A stretch of 64,000 bases of DNA, taken from assembly GCA_964559985.1 (NCBI GenBank), contig CAZLJX010000003.1:109416-173415 (forward strand), given 5' to 3'. Positions 1 through 12,117 of this stretch are shown one piece after another. A program made the translations under genes and the position numbers. The notes beneath the pieces were generated by a model. The model had not been told where the DNA came from. It saw only the letters and a program-made list of their open reading frames with translations, and did no database searches. The number at the start of each line of letters is the position of its first letter. Within the stretch, counting starts at the first letter, position 1. This DNA comes from an uncultured Bacteroidales bacterium. GTDB taxonomy: Bacteria > Bacteroidota > Bacteroidia > Bacteroidales > CAZLJX01.

Positions 1-1958
1 TCGGGAATAATCACATCATCAAGGTTGAATGATAATCCCCCCTGAAATGCCATTTTGTAACCCAGGTCTTTGATATCATCGAGAAAAGCCGATGTAGCTT
101 GTGTGCCGCAGCGTTTATATATTTTGCTGATAATATCGCGGAGTGATTTTTTAGTTAACAGATCATTGATATAACCCATTTCGGCAGGCACAAACTGGTT
201 AAAAAGTAACTTACCGATGGTAGTTTCAATCATTTTTACAACGGGTTGTCCGTTTTCAATATCATGGGTTTTAACTTTTACCTTTGCATGCAGGTCTACT
301 TTATTTTCGTTATATGCAATAATTGCTTCTTCGGGAGAATAAAATTTTAATCCTTCACCGGTAACACCTTTACGTTCTTTTGTCATGTAGTAAAGTCCAA
401 GCACCATGTCCTGTGAAGGAACAGTGATAGGTGCGCCATTTGCCGGGTTGAGGATGTTATGGCTACCGAGCATCAGCAGCTGGGCTTCAAGAATGGCAGC
501 ATTTCCCAGAGGGAGATGTACGGCCATCTGGTCACCGTCGAAGTCAGCATTAAAAGCAGTACATGATAAGGGGTGTAGTTGAATGGCTTTTCCTTCAATC
601 AGTTTTGGCTGGAAAGCCTGAATACCCAGACGGTGCAATGTCGGAGCACGGTTGAGCAGTACCGGATGGCCTTTAAGTACATTTTCAAGAATATCCCAAA
701 CCGTCGCATCACGCCTATCGACTATTTTTTTAGCTGATTTTACAGTTTTAACAATGCCTCTTTCGATTAATTTACGGATAATGAACGGCTTGTAGAGCTC
801 AGCGGCCATATCTTTTGGTAATCCACACTCGTGCATTTTCAGTTCAGGGCCAACCACAATAACCGAACGGGCTGAGTAATCAACACGTTTACCAAGCAGG
901 TTCTGACGGAACCGGCCTTGTTTTCCTTTCAAACTATCGCTCAACGATTTAAGGGGCCTGTTGGAATCTGTTTTTATAGCATTGGCTTTCCGTGAGTTAT
1001 CGAAAAGCGAGTCAACAGCTTCCTGAAGCATTCGTTTTTCATTGCGAAGAATCACTTCGGGGGCTTTAATTTCGATAAGCCTTTTAAGACGGTTGTTACG
1101 GATTATCACCCTGCGGTAAAGATCGTTAAGATCTGATGTGGCAAAACGTCCGCCATCAAGAGGAACCAAAGGACGCAATTCGGGCGGAATAACAGGTACA
1201 ACTTTAATGACCATCCATTCCGGACGATTGGTGGTTTTTGAAACCCTGAAAGCTTCAACAACCTGTAACCTTTTTAATGCTTCATTTTTACGCTGTTGCG
1301 ATGTTTCTTTACTGGCCTGATCACGCAGATTAAAAGATAAAGTGTCCAGGTCAAGATTCTGGAGGAGTTCATAAATGGCTTCAGCTCCCATTTTGGCAAC
1401 AAACTTATTGGGATCTTTATCATCAAGATATTGATTTTCTTTCGGGAGCGATTCAACAATGTTGAGATACTCTTCCTCAGTCAGAAAATCAAACTGATGT
1501 ACTCCTTCTTCGGCTTTTACCCCCGGATTTACTACAATATATCTTTCGTAATAAATGATAGAATCGAGTTTTTTTGTCGGAATTCCGAGCAAATATCCTA
1601 TTTTGTTGGGTAAAGTCCTGAAATACCAGATATGGGCAACAGGAACGGTAAGGTTGATGTGTCCCATGCGTTCACGGCGGACTTTCTTTTCGGTTACTTC
1701 AACTCCGCATCGATCGCATACAATGCCCTTGTACCTGATACGTTTATACTTTCCGCAATGACATTCATAATCTTTCACCGGTCCGAAAATACGTTCACAG
1801 AACAATCCGTCACGTTCGGGTTTATAGGTACGGTAATTGATCGTTTCAGGCTTTAACACTTCACCACTCGACCTTTCAAGTATTTCTTCGGGCGATGCAA
1901 GGCTGATGGTTATTTTGGAAAATGAGCTTTTGACTTTTGTTTCCCTTCTGAAGGCCAT
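1..1958 (-). CDS. rpoC: DNA-directed RNA polymerase subunit beta-prime, N-terminal ~652 codons (gene continues past the left window edge)
   Basis: Absent from the ORF track because it is open at the window edge. My translation of the minus strand from ATG 1958..1956 gives [89 protein letters not shown] (beta-prime Zn-finger N-terminus). The same frame carries the catalytic [12 protein letters not shown] motif (522..551) and stays open to nt 1. It lies directly downstream of rpoB. Confidence 0.95.
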   Translation of the reverse strand, partial: MAFRRETKVKSSFSKITISLASPEEILERSSGEVLKPETINYRTYKPERDGLFCERIFGPVKDYECHCGKYKRIRYKGIVCDRCGVEVTEKKVRRERMGHINLTVPVAHIWYFRTLPNKIGYLLGIPTKKLDSIIYYERYIVVNPGVKAEEGVHQFDFLTEEEYLNIVESLPKENQYLDDKDPNKFVAKMGAEAIYELLQNLDLDTLSFNLRDQASKETSQQRKNEALKRLQVVEAFRVSKTTNRPEWMVIKVVPVIPPELRPLVPLDGGRFATSDLNDLYRRVIIRNNRLKRLIEIKAPEVILRNEKRMLQEAVDSLFDNSRKANAIKTDSNRPLKSLSDSLKGKQGRFRQNLLGKRVDYSARSVIVVGPELKMHECGLPKDMAAELYKPFIIRKLIERGIVKTVKSAKKIVDRRDATVWDILENVLKGHPVLLNRAPTLHRLGIQAFQPKLIEGKAIQLHPLSCTAFNADFDGDQMAVHLPLGNAAILEAQLLMLGSHNILNPANGAPITVPSQDMVLGLYYMTKERKGVTGEGLKFYSPEEAIIAYNENKVDLHAKVKVKTHDIENGQPVVKMIETTIGKLLFNQFVPAEMGYINDLLTKKSLRDIISKIYKRCGTQATSAFLDDIKDLGYKMAFQGGLSFNLDDVIIP

Positions 1959-1993
1959 ATTATATATGTTTAAATTTTAAACCTGTAATTAAA

Positions 1994-4900
1994 TTAATCA
2001 AGACTGATGTTGAGTCCAAGTCCTCTGAGTTCATGAAGCAAAACATTGAACGATTCCGGGATTCCGGGTATCGGCATAGCTTCGCCTTTAACGATTGATT
2101 CATACGCCTTTGCCCTGCCTACCACATCATCAGACTTAATGGTCAGGATTTCCTGCAGAATATTGGCAGCACCAAATGCTTCGAGTGCCCATACTTCCAT
2201 TTCACCAAATCGTTGTCCACCAAACTGGGCTTTACCACCAAGTGGTTGCTGGGTGATGAGTGAATATGGTCCAATGGAGCGGGCATGCATTTTATCGTCA
2301 ACCATATGGCCGAGTTTAAGCATATAAATCATGCCCACAGTAGCAGGTTGATGAAAACGTTCGCCGGTACCTCCATCGTATAAATATGTCTTACCGTACT
2401 TGGGCAATCCTGCCTTATCGGTATATTCGGTAATCTGTTCAAGGGTAGCACCGTCAAAAATGGGTGAAGCAAATTTTAACCCAAGGGTCTTTCCTGCCCA
2501 TCCCAGAACAGTTTCGTAAATCTGTCCCAGGTTCATTCGGGATGGTACACCCAGTGGGTTTAAAACGATATCAACCGGTGTTCCGTCCTCAAGGAATGGC
2601 ATGTCTTCAACACGTACAATTCGCGAGACTATCCCTTTATTACCATGGCGACCGGCCATTTTGTCGCCCACCTTGACTTTGCGTTTCTGGGCAATATATA
2701 CTTTGGCAAGCTGAATAATGCCGTTAGGCAATTCATCTCCAATGGTAACGTTGAATTTTTTGCGCTTATAATCACCATCAATTTCTTTGAATTTGATCAT
2801 ATAATTACGCAGCAATTCTTTTATCAGGTTATTTTTATCTTTATCGGTAGTCCACTTATTGGGATTGACATTCAGATAATCTACTTCCTGAAGGATTTTC
2901 TGGGTGAATTTGTTGCCTTTTCCAATAATTTCATTCCCGAAATAATCGCTGACCCCCTGAGAAGTTTTACCATTCACCAGGATAAACAATTTATCGATAA
3001 GTTTTGATTTCAACTCATCGGTTTTGCGTTTAAAATCGTCTTCAATTTTTGTCAGGGCGGGTTTTTCGTTTACTTTTACTTTTTTATCTTTTACGGCACG
3101 TGAAAAGAGCTTTTTATCTATTACCACACCATTGAGCGATGGACCTGCTTTTAAGGAAGCATCTTTAACATCACCTGCTTTATCGCCGAAAATGGCACGT
3201 AGCAGTTTTTCTTCAGGGGAAGGATCGGTTTCACCTTTGGGTGTAATTTTTCCAATCAGGATATCACCTGGTTTTACTTCGGCTCCTATCCGGATAAGGC
3301 CATTTTCGTCGAGGTTTTTGGTAGCTTCTTCACTGACATTGGGAATATCGGATGTAAGTTCTTCCATACCTCTTTTGGTATCTCTTACTTCGAGAATATA
3401 TTCATCAATGTGAATAGAGGTAAAAACATCATCACGAACAACGCGTTCTGAGATTACAATTGCATCCTCAAAATTATAGCCTTTCCAGGGCATGAATGCA
3501 ACTTTCAGGTTTCGTCCAAGTGCCAGTTCGCCTTCAGCTGTACCGTATCCTTCGGTAATAACCTGCCCTTTAACCACTTTTTGACCTTTTCGGACAATAG
3601 GTTTTATATTTACTGTGGTATTCTGGTTGGTTTTTAAAAATTTCAATAGTTGATAATGAACAATATCATCATTAAAACTGACAAATTTTTCTTCGTCGCT
3701 GCGGCTGTACCTGATAACTATTTCATCAGCATCGACATATTCAACAATACCGTCGCCTTCGGCCAGGATAAGATTTCTGGAGTCTACAGCCACACGTCCT
3801 TCAATGCCTGTACCCACAATCGGGGCTTCAGGATTAAGCAGAGGTACTGCCTGGCGCATCATGTTCGAACCCATAAGGGCGCGGTTGGCATCATCATGCT
3901 CGAGAAAAGGAATGAGCGAAGCGGCAATAGAAGCAATCTGGTTAGGAGCCACGTCCATCAGGTGAACTTCTTCGGGTTCAACCACCGGGAAATCACCTTC
4001 GTAACGCGATTTGATACGGTTATCGATAAATTTTCCCGAATCATCGACCAATGCATTGGCCTGGGCAATAATTTTTTCTTCTTCTTCCTCGGCACTCAGG
4101 TAAATCACATCTTCGTTAAGCCTAACATTGCCACTTACAACATTCCGGTAAGGTGTTTCGATAAAACCAAGGTGATTTATTTTTGCATAAACGCATAGCG
4201 AAGATATAAGACCGATATTTGGACCTTCAGGGGTTTCAATAGGGCATAACCGGCCATAATGGGTATAATGAACGTCGCGCACCTCAAATCCGGCTCTTTC
4301 GCGCGAAAGGCCACCAACTCCAAGTGCCGACATACGTCTTTTATGTGTCATTTCGGCAAGCGGATTGGTCTGATCCATAAACTGCGAAAGGGCATTGGTC
4401 CCAAAAAATGAATTGATAACCGATGAAAGGGTTTTTGAATTAATCAGGTCAACGGGTGTAAAAACTTCGTTATCTCTAACATTCATCCTCTCACGAATGG
4501 TACGTGCCATACGGGCAAGACCAATACCAAACTGGTTGTAAAGTTGTTCACCAACTGTTCTTACACGGCGGTTGCTCAGGTGGTCAATATCATCCACATT
4601 CGCCTTACTGTTGATCAATTCAATCAGGTATTTGATAATCTGGATAATATCTTCTTTTGTAAGTACTTTTGTCTCAATAGGAGTATTGAGTTGCAATTTT
4701 TTATTGATCCGGTAACGCCCAACATCCCCAAGGTCGTACCGTTTATCAGAAAAGAACAATTTATCAATTACATCGCGTGCTGTAGCTTCATCGGGGGGTT
4801 CGGAGTTACGTAACTGCCGGTAAATATACAAAACGGCATCTTTTTCCGAATTGCACGGATCTTTTTGTAAAGTATTGTAAATGATTGAATAATCACTATG

Positions 4901-5806
4901 CAGATGCGTTTCTTTATGCAGAATGATGGTTTTTGCCCCTGAGTCGAGAATAGCATCAATATGATCTTCTTCAATGATGGTTTCGCGGTCAAGAATTACT
5001 TCATTTCGTTCGATAGAAACCACTTCTCCGGTATCCTCATCCACAAAATCTTCAATCCACGACCTGAGGACACGTGCAGCGAGTTTGCGTCCAACTACCT
5101 TTTTCAATCCGGTTTTTGATACTTTTATTTCGTCGGCAAGGTCAAAAATCTCAAGAATATCTTTATCACTTTCAAAACCAATAGCACGCAACAATGTGGT
5201 TACGGGCAGTTTTTTCTTACGGTCAATGTAAGCATACATCACGTTGTTGATGTCGGTGGCAAATTCAATCCACGATCCTTTGAAAGGGATAATCCTGGCC
5301 GAGTACAATTTTGTACCATTGGCATGAATACTTTGTCCGAAAAATACTCCCGGTGAACGATGAAGCTGAGAAACAACAACTCTTTCAGCACCATTGATCA
5401 CAAAGGTTCCTTTAGGAGTCATGTATGGAATGGTTCCAAGATAAACTTCCTGAATAACCATATCAAAATCTTCATGTTCGGGGTCGGTACAATAAAGTTT
5501 CAGTTTTGCTTTTACCGGCACACTGTAGGTCAATCCACGTTCAAGGCATTCCTGGATGGCATACCTGGGTGCATCGATGGAATAATCAATAAATTCAAGA
5601 ACAAAATTATTCCTGGTGTCGGAAATGGGAAAATTTTCGCAAAAAACTTTATAAAGGCCCTCTTCTTTTCTTTGTTCGGGAGTAGTATCAATTTGGAAAA
5701 AATCGGCAAATGACTTTAATTGAACTTCAAGGAAATCAGGATAATCCATCAGGTTTTTGGTTCCTGAGAAATTGATCCTCTTATTAATTTTTTGGGTAGA
5801 GGACAT
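1994..5806 (-). CDS. rpoB: DNA-directed RNA polymerase subunit beta
   Basis: Track ORF of 1270 aa with diagnostic beta-subunit blocks ([36 protein letters not shown]). rplL lies upstream and rpoC downstream. Confidence 0.98.
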   Translation of the reverse strand: MSSTQKINKRINFSGTKNLMDYPDFLEVQLKSFADFFQIDTTPEQRKEEGLYKVFCENFPISDTRNNFVLEFIDYSIDAPRYAIQECLERGLTYSVPVKAKLKLYCTDPEHEDFDMVIQEVYLGTIPYMTPKGTFVINGAERVVVSQLHRSPGVFFGQSIHANGTKLYSARIIPFKGSWIEFATDINNVMYAYIDRKKKLPVTTLLRAIGFESDKDILEIFDLADEIKVSKTGLKKVVGRKLAARVLRSWIEDFVDEDTGEVVSIERNEVILDRETIIEEDHIDAILDSGAKTIILHKETHLHSDYSIIYNTLQKDPCNSEKDAVLYIYRQLRNSEPPDEATARDVIDKLFFSDKRYDLGDVGRYRINKKLQLNTPIETKVLTKEDIIQIIKYLIELINSKANVDDIDHLSNRRVRTVGEQLYNQFGIGLARMARTIRERMNVRDNEVFTPVDLINSKTLSSVINSFFGTNALSQFMDQTNPLAEMTHKRRMSALGVGGLSRERAGFEVRDVHYTHYGRLCPIETPEGPNIGLISSLCVYAKINHLGFIETPYRNVVSGNVRLNEDVIYLSAEEEEEKIIAQANALVDDSGKFIDNRIKSRYEGDFPVVEPEEVHLMDVAPNQIASIAASLIPFLEHDDANRALMGSNMMRQAVPLLNPEAPIVGTGIEGRVAVDSRNLILAEGDGIVEYVDADEIVIRYSRSDEEKFVSFNDDIVHYQLLKFLKTNQNTTVNIKPIVRKGQKVVKGQVITEGYGTAEGELALGRNLKVAFMPWKGYNFEDAIVISERVVRDDVFTSIHIDEYILEVRDTKRGMEELTSDIPNVSEEATKNLDENGLIRIGAEVKPGDILIGKITPKGETDPSPEEKLLRAIFGDKAGDVKDASLKAGPSLNGVVIDKKLFSRAVKDKKVKVNEKPALTKIEDDFKRKTDELKSKLIDKLFILVNGKTSQGVSDYFGNEIIGKGNKFTQKILQEVDYLNVNPNKWTTDKDKNNLIKELLRNYMIKFKEIDGDYKRKKFNVTIGDELPNGIIQLAKVYIAQKRKVKVGDKMAGRHGNKGIVSRIVRVEDMPFLEDGTPVDIVLNPLGVPSRMNLGQIYETVLGWAGKTLGLKFASPIFDGATLEQITEYTDKAGLPKYGKTYLYDGGTGERFHQPATVGMIYMLKLGHMVDDKMHARSIGPYSLITQQPLGGKAQFGGQRFGEMEVWALEAFGAANILQEILTIKSDDVVGRAKAYESIVKGEAMPIPGIPESFNVLLHELRGLGLNISLD

Positions 5807-5840
5807 ATCGTAAAAGATAAAGTTAAACTAAAATTAAAAG

Positions 5841-5881
5841 AAAACAACAAAAAGGCTTAAGGCTTATTTGGTTAATAAGCC
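5841..5881 (-). terminator. Hairpin in the rplL-rpoB spacer (possible attenuator/partial terminator)
   Basis: Perfect 8-bp stem GGCTTATT / AATAAGCC (5861..5868 and 5874..5881) with a 5-nt loop. On the transcribed minus strand it is followed by TTAAGCCTTTTTGTTGTTTT. A partial terminator at this position is classical for the rplKAJL-rpoBC cluster in E. coli. Confidence 0.45.
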
Positions 5882-5914
5882 CTAAACCTCATTCATTTTA
5901 TTGGCTGAAGCGTA

Positions 5915-6289
5915 CTATTTAATTTCAACTTCTGCTCCGGCTTCTTCTAATTGTTTTTTCAGTCCTTCAGCTTCTTCTTTTGATACTCCCTGTTTTACTT
6001 CTTTAGGTGAAGAATCAACCAGTTCTTTGGCTTCTTTCAGACCTAAACCGGTAAGTTCCTTCACCAGTTTAACGATTTGTAACTTCTGGGCACCAGGGCT
6101 TTTTAAGATTACATCAAAAGCGGTTTTTTCCTGAGCTTTGGCACCTTCGCCGGCAGTAGAGGCAACAGCAACAGCGGCAGCAGCAGCCGGTTTAATGTTG
6201 TATTCTTTTTCAAGTATTTCTGCTAATTCGTTGACCTCTTTTACAGTAAGGTTCACTAATTCTTCTGCAAACTTTCTTAAATCAGTCAT
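5915..6289 (-). CDS. rplL: 50S ribosomal protein L7/L12
   Basis: 124 aa with an Ala-rich hinge ([15 protein letters not shown]) and the typical C-terminal domain ([17 protein letters not shown]). Sits between rplJ and rpoB. Confidence 0.97.
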   Translation of the reverse strand: MTDLRKFAEELVNLTVKEVNELAEILEKEYNIKPAAAAAVAVASTAGEGAKAQEKTAFDVILKSPGAQKLQIVKLVKELTGLGLKEAKELVDSSPKEVKQGVSKEEAEGLKKQLEEAGAEVEIK

Positions 6290-6324
6290 TTTTCTAGTTT
6301 TTAAAATTATTAATTTTTGTTTAT

Positions 6325-6843
6325 TTATTCACGTTCTGACAGTGTTTTTACAACACCGGCAATGGTATGGCCTCCTGATTGAAGCGATGAAATAACATTT
6401 CTGACCGGCGATTGGAGGAGACCAATAATTTCGCCTATCAGGTCTTCTTTAGATTTAATATTGGCTAAAGCATCAAGTTGATTATCACCAATATAAATAG
6501 ATTCTTCGACATAAGCACCTTTTAAAACCGGTTTGTCAAATTTGTTGCGTAACTCCTTGATTAATTTTCCCGGGACACTGTTTTCCTGGCAAAACATAAT
6601 GGAGGTTGATCCTGCCAGCACACTTTTCAGGCCATCAAAACGGCCGTCAAATTTTTCAAAGGCTTTGCCAAGCAGGGTGTTTTTAACAACAACCAGTTCT
6701 ATTTCCTTTTCAAAACATTTACGGCGGATGTACGAGGTATCCTCGGCATTCAGACCGGAAATATCAGTCAGGTAAAAATGGGCAGCATCGTTGATCTTTT
6801 GCGCTAATTCATCGATAATCCTTAATTTATCTTCTCGATTCAT
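6325..6843 (-). CDS. rplJ: 50S ribosomal protein L10
   Basis: 172 aa at the conserved position between rplA and rplL, with L10-like sequence. Confidence 0.93.
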   Translation of the reverse strand: MNREDKLRIIDELAQKINDAAHFYLTDISGLNAEDTSYIRRKCFEKEIELVVVKNTLLGKAFEKFDGRFDGLKSVLAGSTSIMFCQENSVPGKLIKELRNKFDKPVLKGAYVEESIYIGDNQLDALANIKSKEDLIGEIIGLLQSPVRNVISSLQSGGHTIAGVVKTLSERE

Positions 6844-6870
6844 GGTTCGTTTTTTCGTGGATTACAATTT

Positions 6871-7572
6871 TTAGTTTTTTTCTTCAACAGAACGAACATC
6901 AATCTGAATACCCGGGCTCATGGTGCTTGACATATAAATACTCTTTACATAAGTACCTTTTGCCGTTGAGGGTTTCAATTTAATGATCGTAGAGATTAGT
7001 TCACGGGCATTTTCTGTTAACTGCTGTGGAGTAAAAGAAATTTTACCGATCGAACTATGAACAATACCGTATTTATCGACTTTAAAATCGATTTTTCCGA
7101 GCTTAACATCTTTAACAGCGTTACCAATTTCCATGGTAACAGTACCGGTTTTGGGGTTTGGCATCAAACCGCGCGGACCAAGAATGCGTCCAAGGGCACC
7201 AATTTTTCCCATCACCGATGGCATGGTAATAATGACATCGACATCGGTCCAACCACCTTTAATCTTTTCGATATACTCATCCAGGCCAACATAATCGGCT
7301 CCTGCAGCTTTTGCTTCTTCTTCCTTTTCGGGGGTACATAAAACGAGTACTCGTTTTACTTTTCCTGTCCCGTGAGGTAAAGTAACAATGCCACGAACCA
7401 TTTGATTGGCTTTTCGGGGGTCAACACCTAACCGAACATCTAAATCAACAGAAGAATCGAATTTGGTATAGTTGATAGATTTTACCATTTCAGATGCTTC
7501 GGTTAATTTATACAGTTTACCCGGCTCAATTTTCTGTAAAGCAGTTTTCTGATTTTTTGTTAGTTTAGCCAT
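6871..7572 (-). CDS. rplA: 50S ribosomal protein L1
   Basis: 233 aa of L1 family sequence ([20 protein letters not shown]). Sits between rplK and rplJ. Confidence 0.96.
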   Translation of the reverse strand: MAKLTKNQKTALQKIEPGKLYKLTEASEMVKSINYTKFDSSVDLDVRLGVDPRKANQMVRGIVTLPHGTGKVKRVLVLCTPEKEEEAKAAGADYVGLDEYIEKIKGGWTDVDVIITMPSVMGKIGALGRILGPRGLMPNPKTGTVTMEIGNAVKDVKLGKIDFKVDKYGIVHSSIGKISFTPQQLTENARELISTIIKLKPSTAKGTYVKSIYMSSTMSPGIQIDVRSVEEKN

Positions 7573-7592
7573 CGTATAACTGATGTTTTAAG

Positions 7593-8036
7593 TTAATTTT
7601 TAAAAGGGGAGACACCTGTAACGGTGATACCCATACTACGTGCGGTACCTGCTACCATACGCATTGCAGCTTCGAGGGTAAAAGCATTTAAATCGGGCAT
7701 CTTCTCTTCGGCAATGGCCTTGATCTGATCCCAGTTTACCGAACCTACCTTATTACGGTTGGGCTCTGGTGAACCTCCTTTTACTTTCGATGCTTCAATA
7801 AGTTGCACAGCAACCGGTGGCCGTTTTACGACAAAATCGTATGATTTGTCGGTGTAAATAGTAATAACAACAGGCAGTAACTTGCCCATGCTATTTTGGG
7901 TTCTGGCATTAAACTGCTTGCAGAACTCCATAATGTTAAGGCCTTTTGAACCAAGTGCAGGACCTACCGGGGGCGAAGGATTAGCCTGCCCGCCTTTGAT
8001 CTGCAACTTAATTACGCCTACTACTTCTTTAGCCAT
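7593..8036 (-). CDS. rplK: 50S ribosomal protein L11
   Basis: 147 aa with the L11 signature [20 protein letters not shown]. Lies downstream of nusG. Confidence 0.97.
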   Translation of the reverse strand: MAKEVVGVIKLQIKGGQANPSPPVGPALGSKGLNIMEFCKQFNARTQNSMGKLLPVVITIYTDKSYDFVVKRPPVAVQLIEASKVKGGSPEPNRNKVGSVNWDQIKAIAEEKMPDLNAFTLEAAMRMVAGTARSMGITVTGVSPFKN

Positions 8037-8060
8037 AAATCTTTACTAAATTGATTGTAA

Positions 8061-8621
8061 TTACTCCTTTACAACTTGCATAAAACTCAACTCCAGCGGA
8101 GTTTTTCGTCCGAAAATTTTAACAATGACTTTCAGTTTTTTCTTTTCATCATTAACTTCTTCAATCACACCGCTAAAGCCATTAAAAGGCCCGTCAATCA
8201 CCTTCACTGTTTCACCCACAATAAATGGAATACCCAGTTCTTCTTCGCTTTCGGCTAGTTCGTCCACCTTTCCCAGAATCCGGTTTACTTCGGCCGGACG
8301 CATGGGTACTGGTTCGCCACCTTTTGTTCCCAAAAAACCAATCACATTGCTCATGTTTTTGATTAAATGAGGTATTTCGCCTATTAGCGCAGCTTCAATC
8401 AATACATATCCGGGGAAAAAATTTCTTTCCTTGCTCACTTTTTTACCTCCTCTAATCTGGTAAATCCGTTCGCTGGGAATTAATACCTGGGATATATAAT
8501 CCTGAAGATTTCTGTGGACTATTTCGCTTTCTATCAGTTCCTTTACTTTTTTTTCTTTACCGGCAATCGCCCTGACAACATACCATTTCTTTTCCATCTT
8601 AATCGCTGGTATTTTTGTCAA
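8061..8621 (-). CDS. nusG: Transcription termination/antitermination factor NusG
   Basis: 186 aa with an NGN domain ([14 protein letters not shown]) and a KOW motif ([21 protein letters not shown]). In the secE-nusG-rplK order. An alternative start at Met9 (8597) is possible. Confidence 0.93.
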   Translation of the reverse strand: MTKIPAIKMEKKWYVVRAIAGKEKKVKELIESEIVHRNLQDYISQVLIPSERIYQIRGGKKVSKERNFFPGYVLIEAALIGEIPHLIKNMSNVIGFLGTKGGEPVPMRPAEVNRILGKVDELAESEEELGIPFIVGETVKVIDGPFNGFSGVIEEVNDEKKKLKVIVKIFGRKTPLELSFMQVVKE

Positions 8622-8816
8622 TTAATAAAGGATACTGTAAATAAGCTCCATAATATTTCTGAATGAAATGTCCATCAGGAATATGATCATTGCAATAATT
8701 AAGGAAGCAGTCATTACTACAATTGAACTACCCTGAAGTTCAGACCATGAAGGCCACGAAACCTTATATATCATTTCGTTGTAAACATCCTGAAAATATA
8801 ATACTACTTTTTTCAT
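8622..8816 (-). CDS. secE: Preprotein translocase subunit SecE
   Basis: 64 aa with a single C-terminal TM helix (SSIVVMTASLIIAMIIFLMDISF). At the canonical position between tRNA-Trp and nusG. Confidence 0.85.
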   Translation of the reverse strand: MKKVVLYFQDVYNEMIYKVSWPSWSELQGSSIVVMTASLIIAMIIFLMDISFRNIMELIYSILY

Positions 8817-8858
8817 CTTTCGGGGGTTATTGTTTTTATTTTAAACCCAAATTTACTG

Positions 8859-8931
8859 CACGGGTGGAGAGACTCGAACTCCCAGCCAACGGTTTTGGAG
8901 ACCGCTACTCTACCAATTGAGCTACACCCGT
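8859..8931 (-). tRNA. tRNA-Trp (anticodon CCA)
   Basis: Folded by hand from the minus-strand read ACGGGTGTAGCTCAATTGGTAGAGTAGCGGTCTCCAAAACCGTTGGCTGGGAGTTCGAGTCTCTCCACCCGTG. Acceptor stem ACGGGTG/CACCCGT, anticodon loop CTCCAAA, T-loop TTCGAGT. At the conserved tuf-tRNATrp-secE position. Confidence 0.92.
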
Positions 8932-8952
8932 AAAAAAATGCCCTTTCGGGCA
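8932..8952 (-). terminator. Rho-independent terminator after tuf
   Basis: The minus strand reads TGCCC-GAAA-GGGCA followed by TTTTTTT, starting 10 nt after the tuf stop codon. Confidence 0.75.
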
Positions 8953-8962
8953 CTTATGTTGA

Positions 8963-10150
8963 TTAGTCCAGAATTTCTGTTACCTGTCCTGCACCTACTG
9001 TACGGCCACCTTCGCGGATTGCAAAACGCAGACCCTGGTTGATAGCTACCGGATAGATCAATTCTACAGTAATGGTAAGGTTATCACCTGGCATTACCAT
9101 TTCAACTCCATCAGGCAACTGAATTTCACCAGTTACATCAAGGGTTCTCAGATAAAATTGCGGACGATATTTGTTATGGAACGGTGTATGACGCCCGCCT
9201 TCTTCTTTTTTCAGAATATAAACCTCAGCCTTGAACAACTTATGAGGAGTTATACTGCCTGGTTTGGCAATAATCATACCACGTTTGATTTCGTCTTTAT
9301 CAACACCACGCAGAAGTAATCCTACGTTATCACCGGCCTGTCCGTCGTCAAGAATTTTGCGGAACATTTCAACACCGGTAACAACAGTTTTCTTACCATC
9401 GGCTGTAAGGCCAATAATCTGAACTTCTTCGCCGGTATGAACGGTACCTGTTTCAATTCTTCCGGTTGCAACAGTGCCACGTCCGGTAATAGAGAAAACG
9501 TCTTCAACGGGCATAAGGAAAGGTTTATCCACATCACGTACCGGAAGCGGTATATATTCGTCAACAGCTTTCATCAGTTCAACAACTTTATCTTCCCATT
9601 TTGCTTCGCCGTTGAGAGCACCAAGTGCAGATCCACGGATAATAGGAGCATTATCGCCGTCAAATTTGTAAAAACTTAATAATTCGCGTACTTCCATTTC
9701 AACAAGGTCGAGCAATTCTTCATCGTCAACCATATCTACTTTGTTAAGAAATACCAAAACTTTCGGAACATTTACCTGGCGTGCCAGAAGGATATGTTCG
9801 CGGGTTTGTGGCATTGGCCCATCAGTAGCAGCTACCACAAGGATAGCACCGTCCATCTGGGCAGCACCAGTAACCATGTTTTTAACATAGTCAGCGTGAC
9901 CAGGACAGTCAACGTGCGCATAGTGACGATTTTCTGTCTGGTATTCAATATGAGCTGTATTAATGGTAATACCGCGTTCTTTTTCTTCCGGAGCATTGTC
10001 GATAGAGTCAAATGACCTGATTTCTGACAAACCTTTTTTTGCAAGTACCATGGTAATTGCAGCAGTAAGGGTGGTCTTGCCATGATCGACGTGACCAATG
10101 GTTCCGATATTAACGTGAGGTTTTGTCCTCTGGAATTGTTCTTTAGCCAT
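8963..10150 (-). CDS. tuf: Elongation factor Tu
   Basis: 395 aa with GTPase motifs [18 protein letters not shown] and NKVD. Near-universal EF-Tu sequence. Confidence 0.99.
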   Translation of the reverse strand: MAKEQFQRTKPHVNIGTIGHVDHGKTTLTAAITMVLAKKGLSEIRSFDSIDNAPEEKERGITINTAHIEYQTENRHYAHVDCPGHADYVKNMVTGAAQMDGAILVVAATDGPMPQTREHILLARQVNVPKVLVFLNKVDMVDDEELLDLVEMEVRELLSFYKFDGDNAPIIRGSALGALNGEAKWEDKVVELMKAVDEYIPLPVRDVDKPFLMPVEDVFSITGRGTVATGRIETGTVHTGEEVQIIGLTADGKKTVVTGVEMFRKILDDGQAGDNVGLLLRGVDKDEIKRGMIIAKPGSITPHKLFKAEVYILKKEEGGRHTPFHNKYRPQFYLRTLDVTGEIQLPDGVEMVMPGDNLTITVELIYPVAINQGLRFAIREGGRTVGAGQVTEILD

Positions 10151-10209
10151 AACCTTTATAAATTGATAGTTAGTGATTCATAAACATATTAAAAAAAAAA
10201 ATCTTTTTG

Positions 10210-10281
10210 AGCCAATGATGGGAATTGAACCCATGACCCCTTCCTTACCAAGGAAGTGCTCTACCCCTGAGCTACATCGGC
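10210..10281 (-). tRNA. tRNA-Thr (anticodon GGT)
   Basis: Minus strand GCCGATGTAGCTCAGGGGTAGAGCACTTCCTTGGTAAGGAAGGGGTCATGGGTTCAATTCCCATCATTGGCT. It forms a cloverleaf with anticodon loop TTGGTAA. Confidence 0.9.
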
Positions 10282-10289
10282 TTGAACAG

Positions 10290-10362
<73 letters not shown>

Positions 10363-10396
10363 TTGTCCGGCAGTTTTCACTGCCTGATATATTTTG

Positions 10397-10479
10397 TGGG
10401 GAGAGGAGGAATCGAACCTCCGAAGGCATCAGCCAACAGATTTACAGTCTGCCCCAGTTGACCGCTTTGGTATCTCCCC
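10397..10479 (-). tRNA. tRNA-Tyr (anticodon GTA), long variable arm
   Basis: Minus strand GGGGAGATACCAAAGCGGTCAACTGGGGCAGACTGTAAATCTGTTGGCTGATGCCTTCGGAGGTTCGATTCCTCCTCTCCCCA. Anticodon loop CTGTAAA and a class II variable arm. Confidence 0.9.
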
Positions 10480-10498
10480 TGAATATCATATTTGTCCG

Positions 10499-10572
10499 AG
10501 CCGATGGAGGGATTCGAACCCCCGACCAGCTGATTACAAATCAGCTGCTCTGGCCAGCTGAGCTACATCGGC
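10499..10572 (-). tRNA. tRNA-Thr (anticodon TGT)
   Basis: Minus strand GCCGATGTAGCTCAGCTGGCCAGAGCAGCTGATTTGTAATCAGCTGGTCGGGGGTTCGAATCCCTCCATCGGCT, with anticodon loop TTTGTAA. Confidence 0.9.
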
Positions 10573-10601
10573 AATTTCAAAGAACTTTTAGTTTTGGGTT
10601 G

Positions 10602-10633
10602 CAAATGTATGAACTTTTTACAATTATCCCAAT
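10602..10633 (-). promoter_or_regulatory. Bacteroidota-type promoter upstream of the tRNA-tuf cluster
   Basis: The minus strand reads ATTG-N20-TACATTTG, matching the TTG / TAnnTTTG (-33/-7) consensus established for Bacteroidetes sigma-A promoters. It lies about 30 nt upstream of the first tRNA. Confidence 0.45.
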
Positions 10634-10655
10634 TTTTTAATAATATTTTTTAAAA

Positions 10656-10958
10656 TTACAAACCGCGTAGTTTCTCCTTATGTTTGAGCAATTGTACCCT
10701 GATGGCCTCAACTGTCTGATCAATTGACTCTTCAAAACTTTTTGTCTGCCGTTTTGCAAAAATATCCTTCACATTAGGAACCTTAAGCATTATTTCGGCA
10801 ATCTTGTTTTCGGTTTTTTCATTTTTATCAAGCCTGAGATAAACCTCGGCACTAATAATATGATCGAAAAACTGAGGTAGTTTCCCAACCTTGGCATTCA
10901 CAAAATCGATCAGTTTTTGATCGGCATCAAATCGTACTGAATGAATTTTTATTTCCAT
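10656..10958 (-). CDS. hpf: Ribosome hibernation promoting factor / RaiA family (short form)
   Basis: 100 aa of the HPF/YfiA (sigma-54 modulation protein) type. At the conserved Bacteroidota position in rpsU-xer-hpf. Confidence 0.85.
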   Translation of the reverse strand: MEIKIHSVRFDADQKLIDFVNAKVGKLPQFFDHIISAEVYLRLDKNEKTENKIAEIMLKVPNVKDIFAKRQTKSFEESIDQTVEAIRVQLLKHKEKLRGL

Positions 10959-10977
10959 ATTATTTCCTCCGGACTTT

Positions 10978-11859
10978 TTATGCTCGCGGATGAGCTTGTT
11001 TATATATTTTTTTTAATTTTTCAAAAGTATTATGTGTATAAACCTGTGTGGCTGCAAGGTTTGCATGGCCAAGCAATTCTTTGATGGCATTAAGATCGGC
11101 TCCGTTATTCAACATGTGGGTGGCAAATGTATGCCTTAGCACATGGGGACTTTGTTTTTCAACAGCCGATATCATACTGATATAGCGTCTGACTATACGA
11201 TAAACCAACTGCGGATACATTTTTTCGCCCTTTTCGGTAATAAACAGGTAAGGTGATATCTGATCACCCAGTGCATCATTTCTGTATTTTATATATTTAT
11301 CAGTCAGCATCATAAGCTCATGACTAACAGGAACAATCCTTTGTTTATTGCGTTTACCGGTAAGTTTCAGGGTCATGTTTGAACGGTCGAAATCATTTAA
11401 CCTTATTCCAAGTAATTCTGCACGCCGCATTCCGGTCTGGTAAAGTAATTCGATAATCAGTTTATCTCTCAAACCGCAAAATGATTCGGGAAAAATATAT
11501 TTTCCCAGATTTTCCATGCCTTTCATCTCGACAAAAGAAGGAATATTTTTTGGTTGTTTCGGCCCGGATAATTTCTTTAAGGGATTAACCCCGATGATGC
11601 CATTTTTAACAAAAAACCTGTACATCGATTTCAAGGCTGATAATTTACGGTTTACAGAACTCGCTTTGTACCCTGCATCCATCAGGCTGACAATCCATGC
11701 ACGAATATCTGTAAGCGCTGCATTTTCAATATTTATTCCGTCCAGTTGATGCTGACAAAAATCCGAAAACTGCGAAATGTCCCGGATATAAGACTGAAGT
11801 GTTAAAACCGAGCATCTTTTCTCGGTTTTGAGATACCTGAAAAACTGATTTTCATACAT
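10978..11859 (-). CDS. Tyrosine recombinase, XerC/XerD family
   Basis: 293 aa with a C-terminal catalytic pattern (HVLRHTFATHML, LLGHANLAATQVYTH). Located between rpsU and hpf, a conserved core-genome arrangement in this phylum. Confidence 0.85.
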   Translation of the reverse strand: MYENQFFRYLKTEKRCSVLTLQSYIRDISQFSDFCQHQLDGINIENAALTDIRAWIVSLMDAGYKASSVNRKLSALKSMYRFFVKNGIIGVNPLKKLSGPKQPKNIPSFVEMKGMENLGKYIFPESFCGLRDKLIIELLYQTGMRRAELLGIRLNDFDRSNMTLKLTGKRNKQRIVPVSHELMMLTDKYIKYRNDALGDQISPYLFITEKGEKMYPQLVYRIVRRYISMISAVEKQSPHVLRHTFATHMLNNGADLNAIKELLGHANLAATQVYTHNTFEKLKKIYKQAHPRA

Positions 11860-11885
11860 ACCTGAAAAAAAGATTCAGGCGAAGC

Positions 11886-12083
11886 TTAAACGGATTGCTC
11901 CTCCTGATGTAATTGTTGAATGTACCGTGCTTTAATAAGTGCATGACGCTGTTTTACCGATGGCTTTTCAAATGCCTGACGTCCACGCAGTTCTTTTATA
12001 ATGCCGGTTTTTTCAAATTTACGTTTGAATTTTTTTAAGGCTCTGTCTATGTTTTCGCCTTCTTTTACAGGTATAATAATCAT
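11886..12083 (-). CDS. rpsU: 30S ribosomal protein S21
   Basis: 65 aa of basic S21 sequence (ALKKFKRKFEKTGIIKELRGRQAFEKPSVKQR). Confidence 0.93.
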   Translation of the reverse strand: MIIIPVKEGENIDRALKKFKRKFEKTGIIKELRGRQAFEKPSVKQRHALIKARYIQQLHQEEQSV

Positions 12084-12117
12084 TTTTAAATTATTTATTG
12101 GTTTTTAAACAGGACTG

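Noticed and set aside
2046-5713. About 10 plus-strand track ORFs of 70-182 aa inside rpoB (e.g. 3650..4198, 3024..3413, 2645..3007). Similar ORFs lie inside rpoC (1138..1856), tuf (9322..10098), hppA (36832..38853), nrdJ and the sensor genes.
   Set aside because: They lie antisense or out of frame within strongly conserved genes. They have low-complexity translations and no independent signals, so they are shadow ORFs.
10191-10201. The A11 homopolymer (T11 on the transcribed strand) as a slippage or phase-variation tract.
   Set aside because: It is intergenic, between tRNA-Thr and tuf, and does not lie in a coding frame or in obvious promoter spacing.
10978-11859. The tyrosine recombinase as a marker of an integrated mobile element.
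   Set aside because: It sits in the conserved rpsU-xer-hpf-tRNA-tuf core arrangement of Bacteroidota. Its composition matches its neighbours and I saw no flanking repeats, so it is a chromosomal Xer-type recombinase.
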